This document shows positions 1 to 9,626 of a DNA stretch of 64,000 nucleotides, piece after piece. The translations under genes and the position numbers were made by a program. Within the stretch, counting starts at the first letter, position 1, and every line of letters begins with the position of its first letter. Origin of the DNA: Thermoplasmata archaeon (lineage in GTDB: Archaea; Thermoplasmatota; Thermoplasmata; Thermoplasmatales; ARK-15); the NCBI GenBank assembly GCA_039794005.1, contig JBAMMA010000020.1:1-64000 (forward strand), given 5' to 3'. A model generated the notes under the pieces. That model ran no database searches. It had not been told where the DNA came from and saw nothing but the letters and a program-made list of their open reading frames with translations.

Positions 1-47
1 ATTAAGAGAACCAAACCAACCATTGCCACCTTCATTATTCTCATCAT
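1..47 (-). CDS. 5' end of a gene running off the left edge, probably exported or membrane protein (MMRIMKVAMVGLVLL...)
   Basis: ATG at 47 preceded by GGTGA; basic then hydrophobic N-terminus; frame open to window edge. Confidence 0.55.
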   Translation of the reverse strand, partial: MMRIMKVAMVGLVLL

Positions 48-137
48 ATTTCACCCAGGTTCTAGAATAATCAAAAATATTTAAATTTTTCTTGGAATTA
101 TTGGAATTGTTTTAAAAATTTTCCAAAATGATTGAAA

Positions 138-698
138 TTATAGAAAATTATTTTCCTGTAAGAATCGTATTAAATTTTTAAAGGCCTTCATTCTATGCGA
201 ATACATATTTTTCTCTTCTATTTCCATCTCTGCGAATGTTTTATTTTGTTCTTTTGGTATAAATATGGGGTCGTAACCGAAACCTTTATTGCCTGAAATT
301 TTTGATGAAATTATTCCCTCCGTTTTTCCCTTGAACAAATAATTTTCCCCATTAATCCTTAGACCTATAATTGCGATAAATTCAGCATCCCTATTTTTTT
401 TACCTTCCATTAATTTTAATATTCCCTCATTTCCAATCGTTTTGTTCACATAAGAAGAATATGGTCCAGGAAAACCGTTTAAGGATTCAATAAACAAACC
501 GCTATCCTCCATTATGTATGGTTCTTCAACATTATCTTTCAAAATGTTCAATGAATATAAGGCTATATTTTCAATATCATTGTCTTGAATTTCCACATAT
601 TCCATATTAATCCATTCCGTTTCAACATTTTCATTTTCGAATAACAGTTTATATTCATCATACTTATGTTTATTATGGGTAACAACTCTTATTTTCAT
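138..698 (-). CDS. rdgB: Non-canonical purine NTP pyrophosphatase (RdgB/HAM1 family)
   Basis: THNKHK, EDSGL..L.GFPGPYS, GFGYDPIF and SHR motifs. Confidence 0.95.
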   Translation of the reverse strand: MKIRVVTHNKHKYDEYKLLFENENVETEWINMEYVEIQDNDIENIALYSLNILKDNVEEPYIMEDSGLFIESLNGFPGPYSSYVNKTIGNEGILKLMEGKKNRDAEFIAIIGLRINGENYLFKGKTEGIISSKISGNKGFGYDPIFIPKEQNKTFAEMEIEEKNMYSHRMKAFKNLIRFLQENNFL

Positions 699-2305
699 GA
701 ATATCTCCTCCTCATTTCTATTTTTTTAAGATTTTCCAAAACGGCGTAGGAATCCTTAAAATTCTTTTTATATTCCTCTATTATTAAATCGAAATTTTTA
801 AAATATTCTGGATGTGAACTTTTCATTGATTCCTTCAATAGATGTAAGTCTTCAGAAAGTTCTTCAATTTCAGCATTTAAATTCCCCATAGAAAAGTCAA
901 TCAAATATAGATTATTGTTTTTATATATTATATTGCTGGTTGTCATATCCCCATGAGATATTTTACCGGAATGCAGTTTTGAAAGCATAATACCAATATT
1001 TTTCGCAATCTTTTCTCTCTCACCATCATCAAGATCCTTGTAAATTTCTCTGAGATTCTTTCCGTCTATAAATTCCATCTCTAGGATACCGTTATCTAAA
1101 TCGATGTCAAATATGTGTGGAACATATTCATAATATTTCTTTGCCTCATGTATTAATTTTGCCTCCCTCTTAATTCTTTCTTTTCTTAATCTTTCATCAA
1201 TTTCTTTTATTCTATATTTCCTTTCCAATCTGATTTTTCTAACGGATTTTAAGCCCAAAAATTCGGAATATTGTATCCTTGCTTCTGCACCTGGCATGTC
1301 TTCGTAATTTTTATAATGTCTTTTTTCCTTAACCCAAACTGCGTCTATTGAATCTGCCCTGAACTTTTGGTCTACTTCAGTATCACTTATGTCCATTCTT
1401 ATACCGCTTTCATACATAATTTTACCTAGGTATGCAATCATCGCGCCGTTATCTACGCAAAGATCTGGAGGTGGAACAAATAAATTTATATTTCTCTCCT
1501 CAGCCAAAATTTTGAATATTTCCTGTAATCTCTTGTTTCTAGCAACTCCTCCAGCAAGCAAAATTTCATCCTTTTTGAGATGTGTTAACGCCCTCTCCGT
1601 TACTTCAGCCATCATTGAAAAAACATTTTCCTGAATAGAATATGATATATCTTCTATCCTCTCTCCCCTTTTTAAATATGACAGGGATGCTGTTAATATT
1701 CCTGAAAAAGCAACATCCATTCCCTTCACAGTATAAGGTAGTGAAAGATATTTCTCCCCACTTTTTGCCAAAATTTCTATTTTAGGGCCCCCGGGAAAAG
1801 GTATTCCAGCCTCTCTTGCAAATTTATCCAACATATTTCCAATGCCAATGTCCAAAGTTTCTCCGAAGACCCTGTACCTGCCGTTCGAAAATGATATTAT
1901 TTGTGTATTTCCTCCTGAAAGATACGTCATGACCGGATCTTCAGCTTTTGTTGTAAATTTTCCTATCTCAAGATGAGCAATCGAATGGTTTACTCCTATG
2001 ATTGGAATATTCAATTTCAATGATATTGCCCTTGCAGCCGTAGCCACAGTTCTAAGGCAAGGGCCCAATCCAGGGCCCTTTGAAAATGCTACCAAATCTA
2101 TGTCCTTAATTGAAATATTTGAAATTTTTAAAGCCTCTTTTAATGCAGGTATGAAATTTTCATAATGATGAATTGCCGCATCCCTTGGTTGTATTCCTCC
2201 CTTTTCAGGCCTGTACATCTTTATAACGTTAGCTTTTATCTTGTCATCTTCCAATATCCCTATGCCTAGGGTATGAGCAGTACCCTCAATTCCCAGGACT
2301 ATCAT
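695..2305 (-). CDS. kae1: Bifunctional Kae1-Bud32 t6A tRNA modification protein (KEOPS)
   Basis: GIEGTAHT, HSIAHLE, SGGNTQ, VDNGAMIA; C-terminal kinase with GAEA, HGDMTTSN, IDFS, RRRY. Confidence 0.96.
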   Translation of the reverse strand: MIVLGIEGTAHTLGIGILEDDKIKANVIKMYRPEKGGIQPRDAAIHHYENFIPALKEALKISNISIKDIDLVAFSKGPGLGPCLRTVATAARAISLKLNIPIIGVNHSIAHLEIGKFTTKAEDPVMTYLSGGNTQIISFSNGRYRVFGETLDIGIGNMLDKFAREAGIPFPGGPKIEILAKSGEKYLSLPYTVKGMDVAFSGILTASLSYLKRGERIEDISYSIQENVFSMMAEVTERALTHLKKDEILLAGGVARNKRLQEIFKILAEERNINLFVPPPDLCVDNGAMIAYLGKIMYESGIRMDISDTEVDQKFRADSIDAVWVKEKRHYKNYEDMPGAEARIQYSEFLGLKSVRKIRLERKYRIKEIDERLRKERIKREAKLIHEAKKYYEYVPHIFDIDLDNGILEMEFIDGKNLREIYKDLDDGEREKIAKNIGIMLSKLHSGKISHGDMTTSNIIYKNNNLYLIDFSMGNLNAEIEELSEDLHLLKESMKSSHPEYFKNFDLIIEEYKKNFKDSYAVLENLKKIEMRRRYS

Positions 2306-3273
2306 TTGTTTACACCATCCACCTCTATGATTACATCCATGAAATATTTAGAGGGCAATTTATCCATTAAAACGTATGCTCCCTCAACAGCGGTTAAAAC
2401 TATTTTTTCAAAATTTTCTTGATCATCAATTGATATCCTGGGGCAGGCCGTATTTATAAAACAGTCAAATGGAAGGTTTTTTAATTTATAATTATTGATT
2501 TCATCCATAATAATTATCTCAGAATATTTTTTGTTGGAATCCGCCAAATACTTAAGCTTTCTTGCAACAAAGATCCTAGATTGTCCTACCTTTTTCGATA
2601 CCAATATTCCAAAAGCTTTACAATTCAATGCCTTTTCCATCATTAAATATCTTTTTTTTATAAACATTTCATTATTTATTTTTTTGAGTTCACCATCAAT
2701 TGGATTTAATTGAAATGTTTTTTTATTTGAATACAAAGATAATCCGAGGGGATGAAAAATTCCGTCTGTTAAAACAATATTGCAATCTACAGACCTGATG
2801 ATATCGTATGATGAAAAATTACAACCCAGGATTTGACCCTTATGTTTTAACCTTTTATCACCAGTACCTATGAATGCATTAATTCCATTGGATTCTAAAT
2901 AATCTTTTACTTTTTCCAATTCTTTAACATATTGAACAGATGCAAATAGTCCTACATTCTTGCAATTTTCATTTCTCATTATATCTAAATTTGGATATTT
3001 TTCTATTCTCTTAAAGTATTCAACAAAATATGTATTCTTTTTCAAGGGCATGTTTGGTATTTCTGAATGACCGATGTGAATTATTGAATCCACGTCGCAA
3101 TCCTGACATGAATCGCATGCTCCGTATATATTTTCGCCTGAAAACAGGATGTCGAAATCTCTTAAATATGATCTTATCTCCGGTATCAGGTATTTCAAAC
3201 CTTCGGGTAATTCTATTAAAATTCTATTATCCTTTCTAAGATTTTCCTTTATTTTTTCTAGATATTCAATCAT
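2302..3273 (-). CDS. dph2: Diphthamide biosynthesis enzyme Dph2
   Basis: LPEGLK, three Fe-S cysteines in YGACD, QILGC and TACPRI; HIGHS. Confidence 0.92.
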   Translation of the reverse strand: MIEYLEKIKENLRKDNRILIELPEGLKYLIPEIRSYLRDFDILFSGENIYGACDSCQDCDVDSIIHIGHSEIPNMPLKKNTYFVEYFKRIEKYPNLDIMRNENCKNVGLFASVQYVKELEKVKDYLESNGINAFIGTGDKRLKHKGQILGCNFSSYDIIRSVDCNIVLTDGIFHPLGLSLYSNKKTFQLNPIDGELKKINNEMFIKKRYLMMEKALNCKAFGILVSKKVGQSRIFVARKLKYLADSNKKYSEIIIMDEINNYKLKNLPFDCFINTACPRISIDDQENFEKIVLTAVEGAYVLMDKLPSKYFMDVIIEVDGVNK

Positions 3274-4385
3274 AATTTCATCTGAAAATATTTTAAGTCT
3301 TTAATGAATTTTTCCAATGAATTTTTATTGACATGGGGCATCAATACAATCCTTATTGCAGAATATCTCTCTATGGGAGAGACTATCCATTTCGGATATA
3401 GTTTATTTACGGTTTTTCTAACATTTTTTATTTTTATGTTCACAATATTTAAAACCGGTTCCAGAAGAAGATCAAAACCATTGTCTATTGAAATGTCTCT
3501 TAAGTATTTAGTATTCTCCATGCAGTATTTTACAACTTTTGTATATCCCTCCATTCCCAGATATTTTATGTTTGCAAAGGTGGATGCTATCGAAGCACTA
3601 TTTCTAGTCCCTAAAAGAGTAGAACTTCTCTTTCTTGTTAAATAAGGAGATGGAACTTCAATCTTTTTGTACAACCCCTTTCTGGCCAGTAGTACACTGG
3701 CTGGTGTTGTTGATAGACCCATTTTGTGAGGATCGATGGAGACTGTTTTAACTTGATCAAATATGAAATCATAATCGGGTAGATTGTAATTCAATCTTTT
3801 TAAAAATGGGATTACATATCCACCAAAGGCGGCATCAACGTGTAAAAATGCACCACTTTTTTTGGATATTAAATTCAATTCTCCTATATTATCAATTGTT
3901 CCAAATTCCGTTGAACCTGCAACACCAACTAATATATCATTCTCGGTGGCTTCAATCCTAGAATAATCAATTGTAAAATCCTCCCTTAAAGGTATTATTT
4001 TTACATTTAAATTCATTAATGATGCTGCCTTTAAAAATGAAAAATGTGCACTTTCACCTACGATTAAATTTCTTTTTCCCATCATTTTTGCCATCCAAAG
4101 TGAAGTTATATTTGACTCTGTACCTCCACTCAACATCTTTCCTTCAACATCTTTACCATGGTGCAATTTTGAGAGCCATTTTACTACATATTTTTCCATT
4201 TCCAGGGTCCCAGGAAAAAGCTTTGGATTACCCAGATTTGAATCTATGAACAAATTGTGAGCCCAAATTGAAATGGGTAATGGATGTGTTGTCATATAAC
4301 CAATTATATTTCCATCCTCATAATGATAATCCTTTAAATAATATTTCAAAAGAATATTTTTAACCCTATTCTCGTTGTTTGACAT
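3270..4385 (-). CDS. mfnA: PLP-dependent group II decarboxylase (MfnA; tyrosine/aspartate decarboxylase)
   Basis: NLGNPKLFPGT, SGGTESN, AHFS, HVDAAFGG, DPHKMG (PLP lysine), LGTR. Confidence 0.88.
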   Translation of the reverse strand: MSNNENRVKNILLKYYLKDYHYEDGNIIGYMTTHPLPISIWAHNLFIDSNLGNPKLFPGTLEMEKYVVKWLSKLHHGKDVEGKMLSGGTESNITSLWMAKMMGKRNLIVGESAHFSFLKAASLMNLNVKIIPLREDFTIDYSRIEATENDILVGVAGSTEFGTIDNIGELNLISKKSGAFLHVDAAFGGYVIPFLKRLNYNLPDYDFIFDQVKTVSIDPHKMGLSTTPASVLLARKGLYKKIEVPSPYLTRKRSSTLLGTRNSASIASTFANIKYLGMEGYTKVVKYCMENTKYLRDISIDNGFDLLLEPVLNIVNIKIKNVRKTVNKLYPKWIVSPIERYSAIRIVLMPHVNKNSLEKFIKDLKYFQMKL

Positions 4386-4417
4386 TAATAAAGAATAATT
4401 AATTTAATTAAATAAGT

Positions 4418-5275
4418 TTATTCAAAGGTATTTATCTCTGGGATATAGTATTCTGTAAATGTTGATTTAATATCTTTTTCCTCATAAGTTTTTGATGATA
4501 TTTTTAGAGTATAAAATGCCTCTTCCCATGTTTTAACAATATCCTCAATCTTTTTAATCAATTCCTTCGCTATGTTATCGTTAATTTTATCTAGATATTC
4601 TTTGAATTTCATGTCTGGATTGAAGTCCCTGCATACATTATCATTTGAAATAATTCTAATGTGATCCCCAGGAACGTTCAGATCATTTTCAAATATCTTG
4701 ATATATTTATTTAAATCGTAATAAATATTCTCCTGATTAAATGGCTTTATTGCAAAGACATAAATCTGTGGCCTGTTAAAATGAAGATTCGCTTTAAGGA
4801 ATTTTTTTTCTTTAATATTTTGTATCTTGTTAAATAAATCTATTATTTTAACTGAAAATGATGTTCCAAATCCTCCACCGTGACCGTATACAACTATTAA
4901 ACTATCTGCTTTTTCAAAAGACCTGAATAAATCAATATAAGCCTGGTATTTATTTATGATGGATTGGAATAATGTATTACCAATCTCTACCTCTCTGTTT
5001 GTATCGATATTCCCATTCAATATTTCATCCCTAATTATATATGAATTCAATGGAATTCCCAATGATTTGTCAATTGCAGTAGTATTTATGTAAATGGGCA
5101 ATACACCTTTAAACTTGATGTCATTGTTATATTTTTTATAGTAGTTGGCAAATGAATATAGAATATTTTTACCAGCACCACCCAAAAATATTACTGGTAA
5201 ATTGATTGGAAATTGATTTATAAAACCTTCAAAAATTTTATCAAATTTATTGTTTAATGTAAAATCATTCATCAT
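4418..5275 (-). CDS. Divergent, C-terminally truncated FtsZ/tubulin-family GTPase-domain protein
   Basis: GGAGKNI (T1), INT (T2), GHGGGFGTS (T4-like), KPFNQE (T5), IISND (T6); no T7 NxDFAD. Start moved to ATG 5275 because GAGGTGA overlaps the track's GTG at 5284. Confidence 0.75.
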   Translation of the reverse strand: MMNDFTLNNKFDKIFEGFINQFPINLPVIFLGGAGKNILYSFANYYKKYNNDIKFKGVLPIYINTTAIDKSLGIPLNSYIIRDEILNGNIDTNREVEIGNTLFQSIINKYQAYIDLFRSFEKADSLIVVYGHGGGFGTSFSVKIIDLFNKIQNIKEKKFLKANLHFNRPQIYVFAIKPFNQENIYYDLNKYIKIFENDLNVPGDHIRIISNDNVCRDFNPDMKFKEYLDKINDNIAKELIKKIEDIVKTWEEAFYTLKISSKTYEEKDIKSTFTEYYIPEINTFE

Positions 5276-5804
5276 CAATCTCACCTCTTTTCACAAAGGT
5301 TCTGTTCTTAATATTCCCCCTAGATTTCAAATATTCCCTCAGGGTATCTATATTGCGGATATTCTCCGTAACCATATTTATGCGTTCTGAAATAAATTCA
5401 TTAAAAATCTTTTTATCTGTGATGTAATGAAGGAGAGATTGATACGCATTTTCTATATCTGAAAAAATACCTACTTCTACCAATTCACTGAGCTGTGTAT
5501 ACAAAATATCCTTAGGTATCTTTATGTTTACGTAATTTTCATCCTCAATTGTATCCTCAACATTATCTTGTGATAGAGATTCACCATTTTTGTTGTACTT
5601 TTTTATCGGTATCTTGTTTTCATTGTCTATTATCTCTTTGTATTTTAAGGCAGCGATCCTGATATATTCTGATCTGTTCCTAAACTCCGGGTGCCTTGAT
5701 ATAAAATCATCTATATCTTCCAATTCTGTTGTTGAGATCCTCACTGATATTCTTGAATCACTTTTCATAACATTCACCTTTGAGGGGGGACTCAATTGAA
5801 ACAT
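5265..5804 (-). CDS. Ribbon-helix-helix (CopG/Arc) DNA-binding protein, probably with a second degenerate RHH
   Basis: RISVRISTTELEDIDDFI...FRNRSEYIRIAA; second unit YVNIKIPKD...LSELVEVGIFSDIENA. Confidence 0.8.
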   Translation of the reverse strand: MFQLSPPSKVNVMKSDSRISVRISTTELEDIDDFISRHPEFRNRSEYIRIAALKYKEIIDNENKIPIKKYNKNGESLSQDNVEDTIEDENYVNIKIPKDILYTQLSELVEVGIFSDIENAYQSLLHYITDKKIFNEFISERINMVTENIRNIDTLREYLKSRGNIKNRTFVKRGEIDDE

Positions 5805-5937
5805 AGGTATTAGTGTATAAAAATTTATCCTGAAAATTACCCTTTTTAATTTTTATTCTAAACATTATTTTAATTAAATTTTATAATTTCTGATTTCTTT
5901 GTATAAAACAATCTAAAATTTATAAAATTAATTGAAT

Positions 5938-5967
5938 ATGTCATATCATGGCATATCATGTCATACG
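5938..5967. repeat. Three tandem 10-bp imperfect repeats (ATGTCATATC, ATGGCATATC, ATGTCATACG)
   Basis: Read directly; lies in the divergent intergenic region upstream of the RHH gene. Confidence 0.7.
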
Positions 5968-6009
5968 ATCCTGGAATACAATGTATTAACAAAAGTCAAA
6001 ATTAATATG

Positions 6010-6060
6010 TACAAAATTTACACATGGACATACAAATTTATATTGTCGAATTACAAATTA
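6010..6060. repeat. Three TACAAA(A)TT(T)A motifs at exact 21-bp spacing
   Basis: Copies start at 6010, 6031 and 6052. Confidence 0.55.
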
Positions 6061-6066
6061 TATGAT

Positions 6067-6519
6067 GTGAAATTCATAGTCGATTCGATGCTTGGTTCAC
6101 TTGCAAAATATTTAAGGTTCATGGGTTATGATACATATTATGTTAAAAGTAATGTAAAAGATGATGAAATATTGGAAATATGTAAAAGGGAAAATAGAAT
6201 TTTAATTACTAGGGATTATGAATTATCTAAAAAGTGTGATAATTCAATATACATTGATGATATTAAATTAGATAAACAGATAAAATTTTTAATCAAGAAA
6301 TTAAACTTGAATTTTGATAATGCACTTTCAAGGTGTTCTTTATGCAATACCGAACTAATAAAAATTGATAAGGAGAATGTGAAAGATTTAGTTCCTATTA
6401 ATGTTTACAACAGTATTAATGAATTCTATTATTGCACAAATTGCAAAAAAGTATATTGGTTTGGTTCACATACAAAGAATATAATTAAAAGACTGGAGGA
6501 AATTAAAAATGATTGTTGA
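6067..6519 (+). CDS. Mut7-C RNase (PIN-like, DUF82) domain protein with Zn ribbon
   Basis: KFIVDSMLGSLAKYLRFMGYDT, RILITRD, SRCSLCN, CTNCKKVYWFGSH; start re-called at GTG 6067. Confidence 0.88.
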   Translation: MKFIVDSMLGSLAKYLRFMGYDTYYVKSNVKDDEILEICKRENRILITRDYELSKKCDNSIYIDDIKLDKQIKFLIKKLNLNFDNALSRCSLCNTELIKIDKENVKDLVPINVYNSINEFYYCTNCKKVYWFGSHTKNIIKRLEEIKNDC

Positions 6520-7534
6520 AAATTTCGAGGAAAAAGAAAATTATCTTAAAATAAGAATTACAAATCCTGATGATCTATGGTTTTTATTCAATTTTTTAGA
6601 GAAGGGTGACAGGGTGAAGGGTTATATCTTTAGAAAGGAAGATAAACAGGAAGATTCTGTTAGGGCCAAAAAACAAGAAAAGATCAAATATCATGTAACA
6701 ATAGAATATGAAGACTCTGAGTTTCAGGAATTACAGTTAAGGTTAAGGATAAGGGGCATTATAATTTCCGGACCAGAAGAATTGCTTAATTCACACCAAA
6801 CTATCAATGTAACAATAAACGATGAAATTGAAATCATTAAGAAAAATCTGGACAAATTCATGTTGGATGAATTAAAAAAATATGATGATTCAGAAAAAAG
6901 AGATGCATTTTTTATTTCCGTAGATGACGAATACGCAACAATAGGTCAAATTTCTACCAATAGAATAAAAACCCTTGGAGAGATCAGATTAAATAAAATA
7001 TCAAAGGACCTTGATAATAAGGAGAAAGAGAATTTCGGTGAAGTTATTTCATTTTTCAAAAAAATTGATGATGGAAAATCTCCGATAATTATTTTGGGTC
7101 CAGGGTTCTGGAAGGAAGAGCTTTATAATCAAATGGATGATGAAATGAAAAAAAGGGTCATTTTAATCGATACTTCATATGCTGGTGAAATTGGTGTAAA
7201 CGAGGCTTTGAGATCTGGGATGTTGAAAAAATTATTGACAAAGTTTAGGGTAGAAATGGAAACTCTATTGGTAGAGGAATTTTTAAAGGAAATAGGTAAG
7301 AATGGAAATTATGCCTATGGAATGAATGAAATAAAAAAGGGATTGGATTATGGTGCAATAAAAATATTGTTAGTACTTGATAAATTATTGAAAGATGAAA
7401 ATATAAGGAATATTATGAAAATGGCTGAAAATTCTGGTTCAGAAATACATATAATAAATTCCAAGAGTGATGCAGGAAAAATTTTGAACAATTTAGGAGG
7501 GATTGGTGCTATTTTGAGATTTAAGATAGATTAA
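6509..7534 (+). CDS. pelA: Pelota (Dom34) mRNA surveillance protein
   Basis: DDLWFL...GD, LRIRG.I, H.T, GPGFWK, LGGIGAILRF. Confidence 0.92.
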   Translation: MIVENFEEKENYLKIRITNPDDLWFLFNFLEKGDRVKGYIFRKEDKQEDSVRAKKQEKIKYHVTIEYEDSEFQELQLRLRIRGIIISGPEELLNSHQTINVTINDEIEIIKKNLDKFMLDELKKYDDSEKRDAFFISVDDEYATIGQISTNRIKTLGEIRLNKISKDLDNKEKENFGEVISFFKKIDDGKSPIIILGPGFWKEELYNQMDDEMKKRVILIDTSYAGEIGVNEALRSGMLKKLLTKFRVEMETLLVEEFLKEIGKNGNYAYGMNEIKKGLDYGAIKILLVLDKLLKDENIRNIMKMAENSGSEIHIINSKSDAGKILNNLGGIGAILRFKID

Positions 7535-7536
7535 TT

Positions 7537-8499
7537 TTATCCGTCCCTTACCCCATCTTCTGTAATTTGTATTACAACTTCACCTTCAGGATATGCCGGG
7601 GAATCAATTAACCTTGCAATTCTCTTTTCACCCTTGCTCCTCCTGAGAGAAATTCTAAACGTAGCAGTATGTCCGACAATATTCCCGCCTATCGGTTGAT
7701 TAGGATCTCCAAAGAACGCATCCGGTCTTGCTGATACCTGGTTAGTAACGGCAACCACAGCATTATAAACATCTGCAAACCTCAATAAATCGTGCATATG
7801 CCTGTTAAGCATCTGTTGTCTCTCAGCTAGAGCAGATCTGCCAGAATATTCCACTCTGAAATGGGCAGTCAAGGAATCTACAGCTATCAATCTGATTGGA
7901 TGTTCTTTTGCAATTTCAAAAGCTTTCTCGACCAATAACATCTGATGGCTAGAATTATAAGCCCTAGCAACATGTATCTTTTTAAGGACCTCATCAGGAT
8001 TTAAATCCAAGGCCTTTGCCATTGAGGAAATTCTCTCCGGCCTGAACGTATTCTCAGTATCAATTAAAATACCCTCTCCATTTAATCCCCCTTTTTCCTC
8101 TTGAAGCGTCACATTCACCAATAATTGATGAATTATCTGTGTTTTACCGGATCCAAATGGTCCAAAAAATTCAGTTATGGCCTGCGTTTCAAGGCCACCA
8201 CCTAAAAGACTGTCAAGGGCTTGAGATCCCGTAGTCAATTTATTTATATGTTTTCTTTTCTCTAAAATTTGATCTCCTTGAACGAAATTCCCTATATCTG
8301 CATATTTTCTGGCTGCCTCAAGTATTTTTCTTGCCTGCGATTCAGATATTTCAGCTATTGCCATTAAATCTCCCAATGGCATTACTGCTAATTCGATAAT
8401 ATCTGTAATTCCAGCGTCCCTTAATTTTTGGGCCGTAGCCTCCCCGATTCCGGGGAGATCTTCCAAGGTTTCAACCTTCCTTTCCTTTGCCACGTTCAA
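7537..8499 (-). CDS. radA: DNA repair and recombination protein RadA
   Basis: N-terminal HhH LEDLPGIG, Walker [27 protein letters not shown]; no intein. Confidence 0.97.
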   Translation of the reverse strand: MNVAKERKVETLEDLPGIGEATAQKLRDAGITDIIELAVMPLGDLMAIAEISESQARKILEAARKYADIGNFVQGDQILEKRKHINKLTTGSQALDSLLGGGLETQAITEFFGPFGSGKTQIIHQLLVNVTLQEEKGGLNGEGILIDTENTFRPERISSMAKALDLNPDEVLKKIHVARAYNSSHQMLLVEKAFEIAKEHPIRLIAVDSLTAHFRVEYSGRSALAERQQMLNRHMHDLLRFADVYNAVVAVTNQVSARPDAFFGDPNQPIGGNIVGHTATFRISLRRSKGEKRIARLIDSPAYPEGEVVIQITEDGVRDG

Positions 8500-8505
8500 A
8501 CACCA

Positions 8506-9513
8506 TTAAATTCCTTTTGAATATATGTATTCCATCAGGTCTACCAACCTGCAGGAATACCCGTATTCATTATCATACCATGCGATCACTCTTATTAAAT
8601 TTTCTCCTATCACATCTGTTAATTCAGCATCTACTATACTGGAATGTGGATTACCCTTGAAATCTATGGAAACCAATGGTTCATATACAACCTGTAAAAT
8701 GCCTTTCATTCTACCATTCGCCCATTTTTCAAATATTTTATTTACTTCTTCCTTCGTGGTAGATCTTTTAACCAGAGCAACAAAATCCACTATGCTTACT
8801 GTTGCAGTAGGAACTCTCATAGACAATGCGTGGAATTTTCCCTTCATTTCCGGGATAACAACCTCAACGGATTTTGATGCTCCCGTTGTTGTAGGTATAA
8901 TGGATTGTCCAGCTGCTCTCATTCTCCTAAAATCTTTATGAGGTGCATCCTGTAGTCTTTGATCCATTGTTATAGAATGAACAGTATTCATATACGATTT
9001 TTCTATTCCAAATTCATCATTTATTATTTTTACTAATGGTGTAATACAATTTGTTGTACATGACCCATTTGAAATTATTCTATGCTTTGAAGGATCGTAT
9101 TTATCCTCATTTACACCCATCACAATGGTGATATCCTCGTTTTTAGCAGGAGCCGATATAATTACCTTCTTTGCACCCGCCTGTAAATGTGCAGAAGCCT
9201 TTGTTCCATCGGTGAATACGCCTGTGGATTCTATAACTACATCTATGTTTAAATCTTTCCAAGGCAATTTTGATGGATCTTTTTCTGTAAATGTTAATAT
9301 TTTTTTTCCATTCACTAGTATATAATTATCGCCAGCAACCACTTCAGCATTTAAAATTCCATAATTGCTATCATATTTTAACAAATGTGCAAGCTGTTTT
9401 GATTCAACCAGATCATTAATGGCAACAATATCAATATTTGGATGGCCCATCGCAATTCTAAAAGTCAACCTTCCAATTCTTCCAAATCCGTTTATTGCAA
9501 CCCTTAAAGCCAT
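8506..9513 (-). CDS. gap: Class I (bacterial/eukaryotic-type) glyceraldehyde-3-phosphate dehydrogenase
   Basis: INGFGRIGR, SNGSCTTNC, IIPTTTGA, RVPT, WYDNEYGY; start at ATG 9513 after GGTGA. Confidence 0.95.
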   Translation of the reverse strand: MALRVAINGFGRIGRLTFRIAMGHPNIDIVAINDLVESKQLAHLLKYDSNYGILNAEVVAGDNYILVNGKKILTFTEKDPSKLPWKDLNIDVVIESTGVFTDGTKASAHLQAGAKKVIISAPAKNEDITIVMGVNEDKYDPSKHRIISNGSCTTNCITPLVKIINDEFGIEKSYMNTVHSITMDQRLQDAPHKDFRRMRAAGQSIIPTTTGASKSVEVVIPEMKGKFHALSMRVPTATVSIVDFVALVKRSTTKEEVNKIFEKWANGRMKGILQVVYEPLVSIDFKGNPHSSIVDAELTDVIGENLIRVIAWYDNEYGYSCRLVDLMEYIYSKGI

Positions 9514-9626
9514 AATATTATCACCAAACAATAAATTGATTGATAAATATTAATTTTTTTTATTGTTTTAATATATAAAAATAAAATTTGAGATTATGTT
9601 TTTAATTTAAATTACAATTTACCATC

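Noticed and set aside
695-2305. Kae1-Bud32 fusion as a novelty
   Set aside because: A well-known arrangement in many euryarchaea and Thermoplasmatota
5938-6060. Repeats as a CRISPR array
   Set aside because: Units are about 10 bp with no 30-40-bp spacers and no cas genes in the window
5932-6066. N-terminal extensions given by the track for Mut7-C, and likewise gap, thyX, thrS, mat and the CysD-like gene
   Set aside because: Family homology and, where present, RBS position point to downstream starts; the extensions are AT-rich promoter DNA
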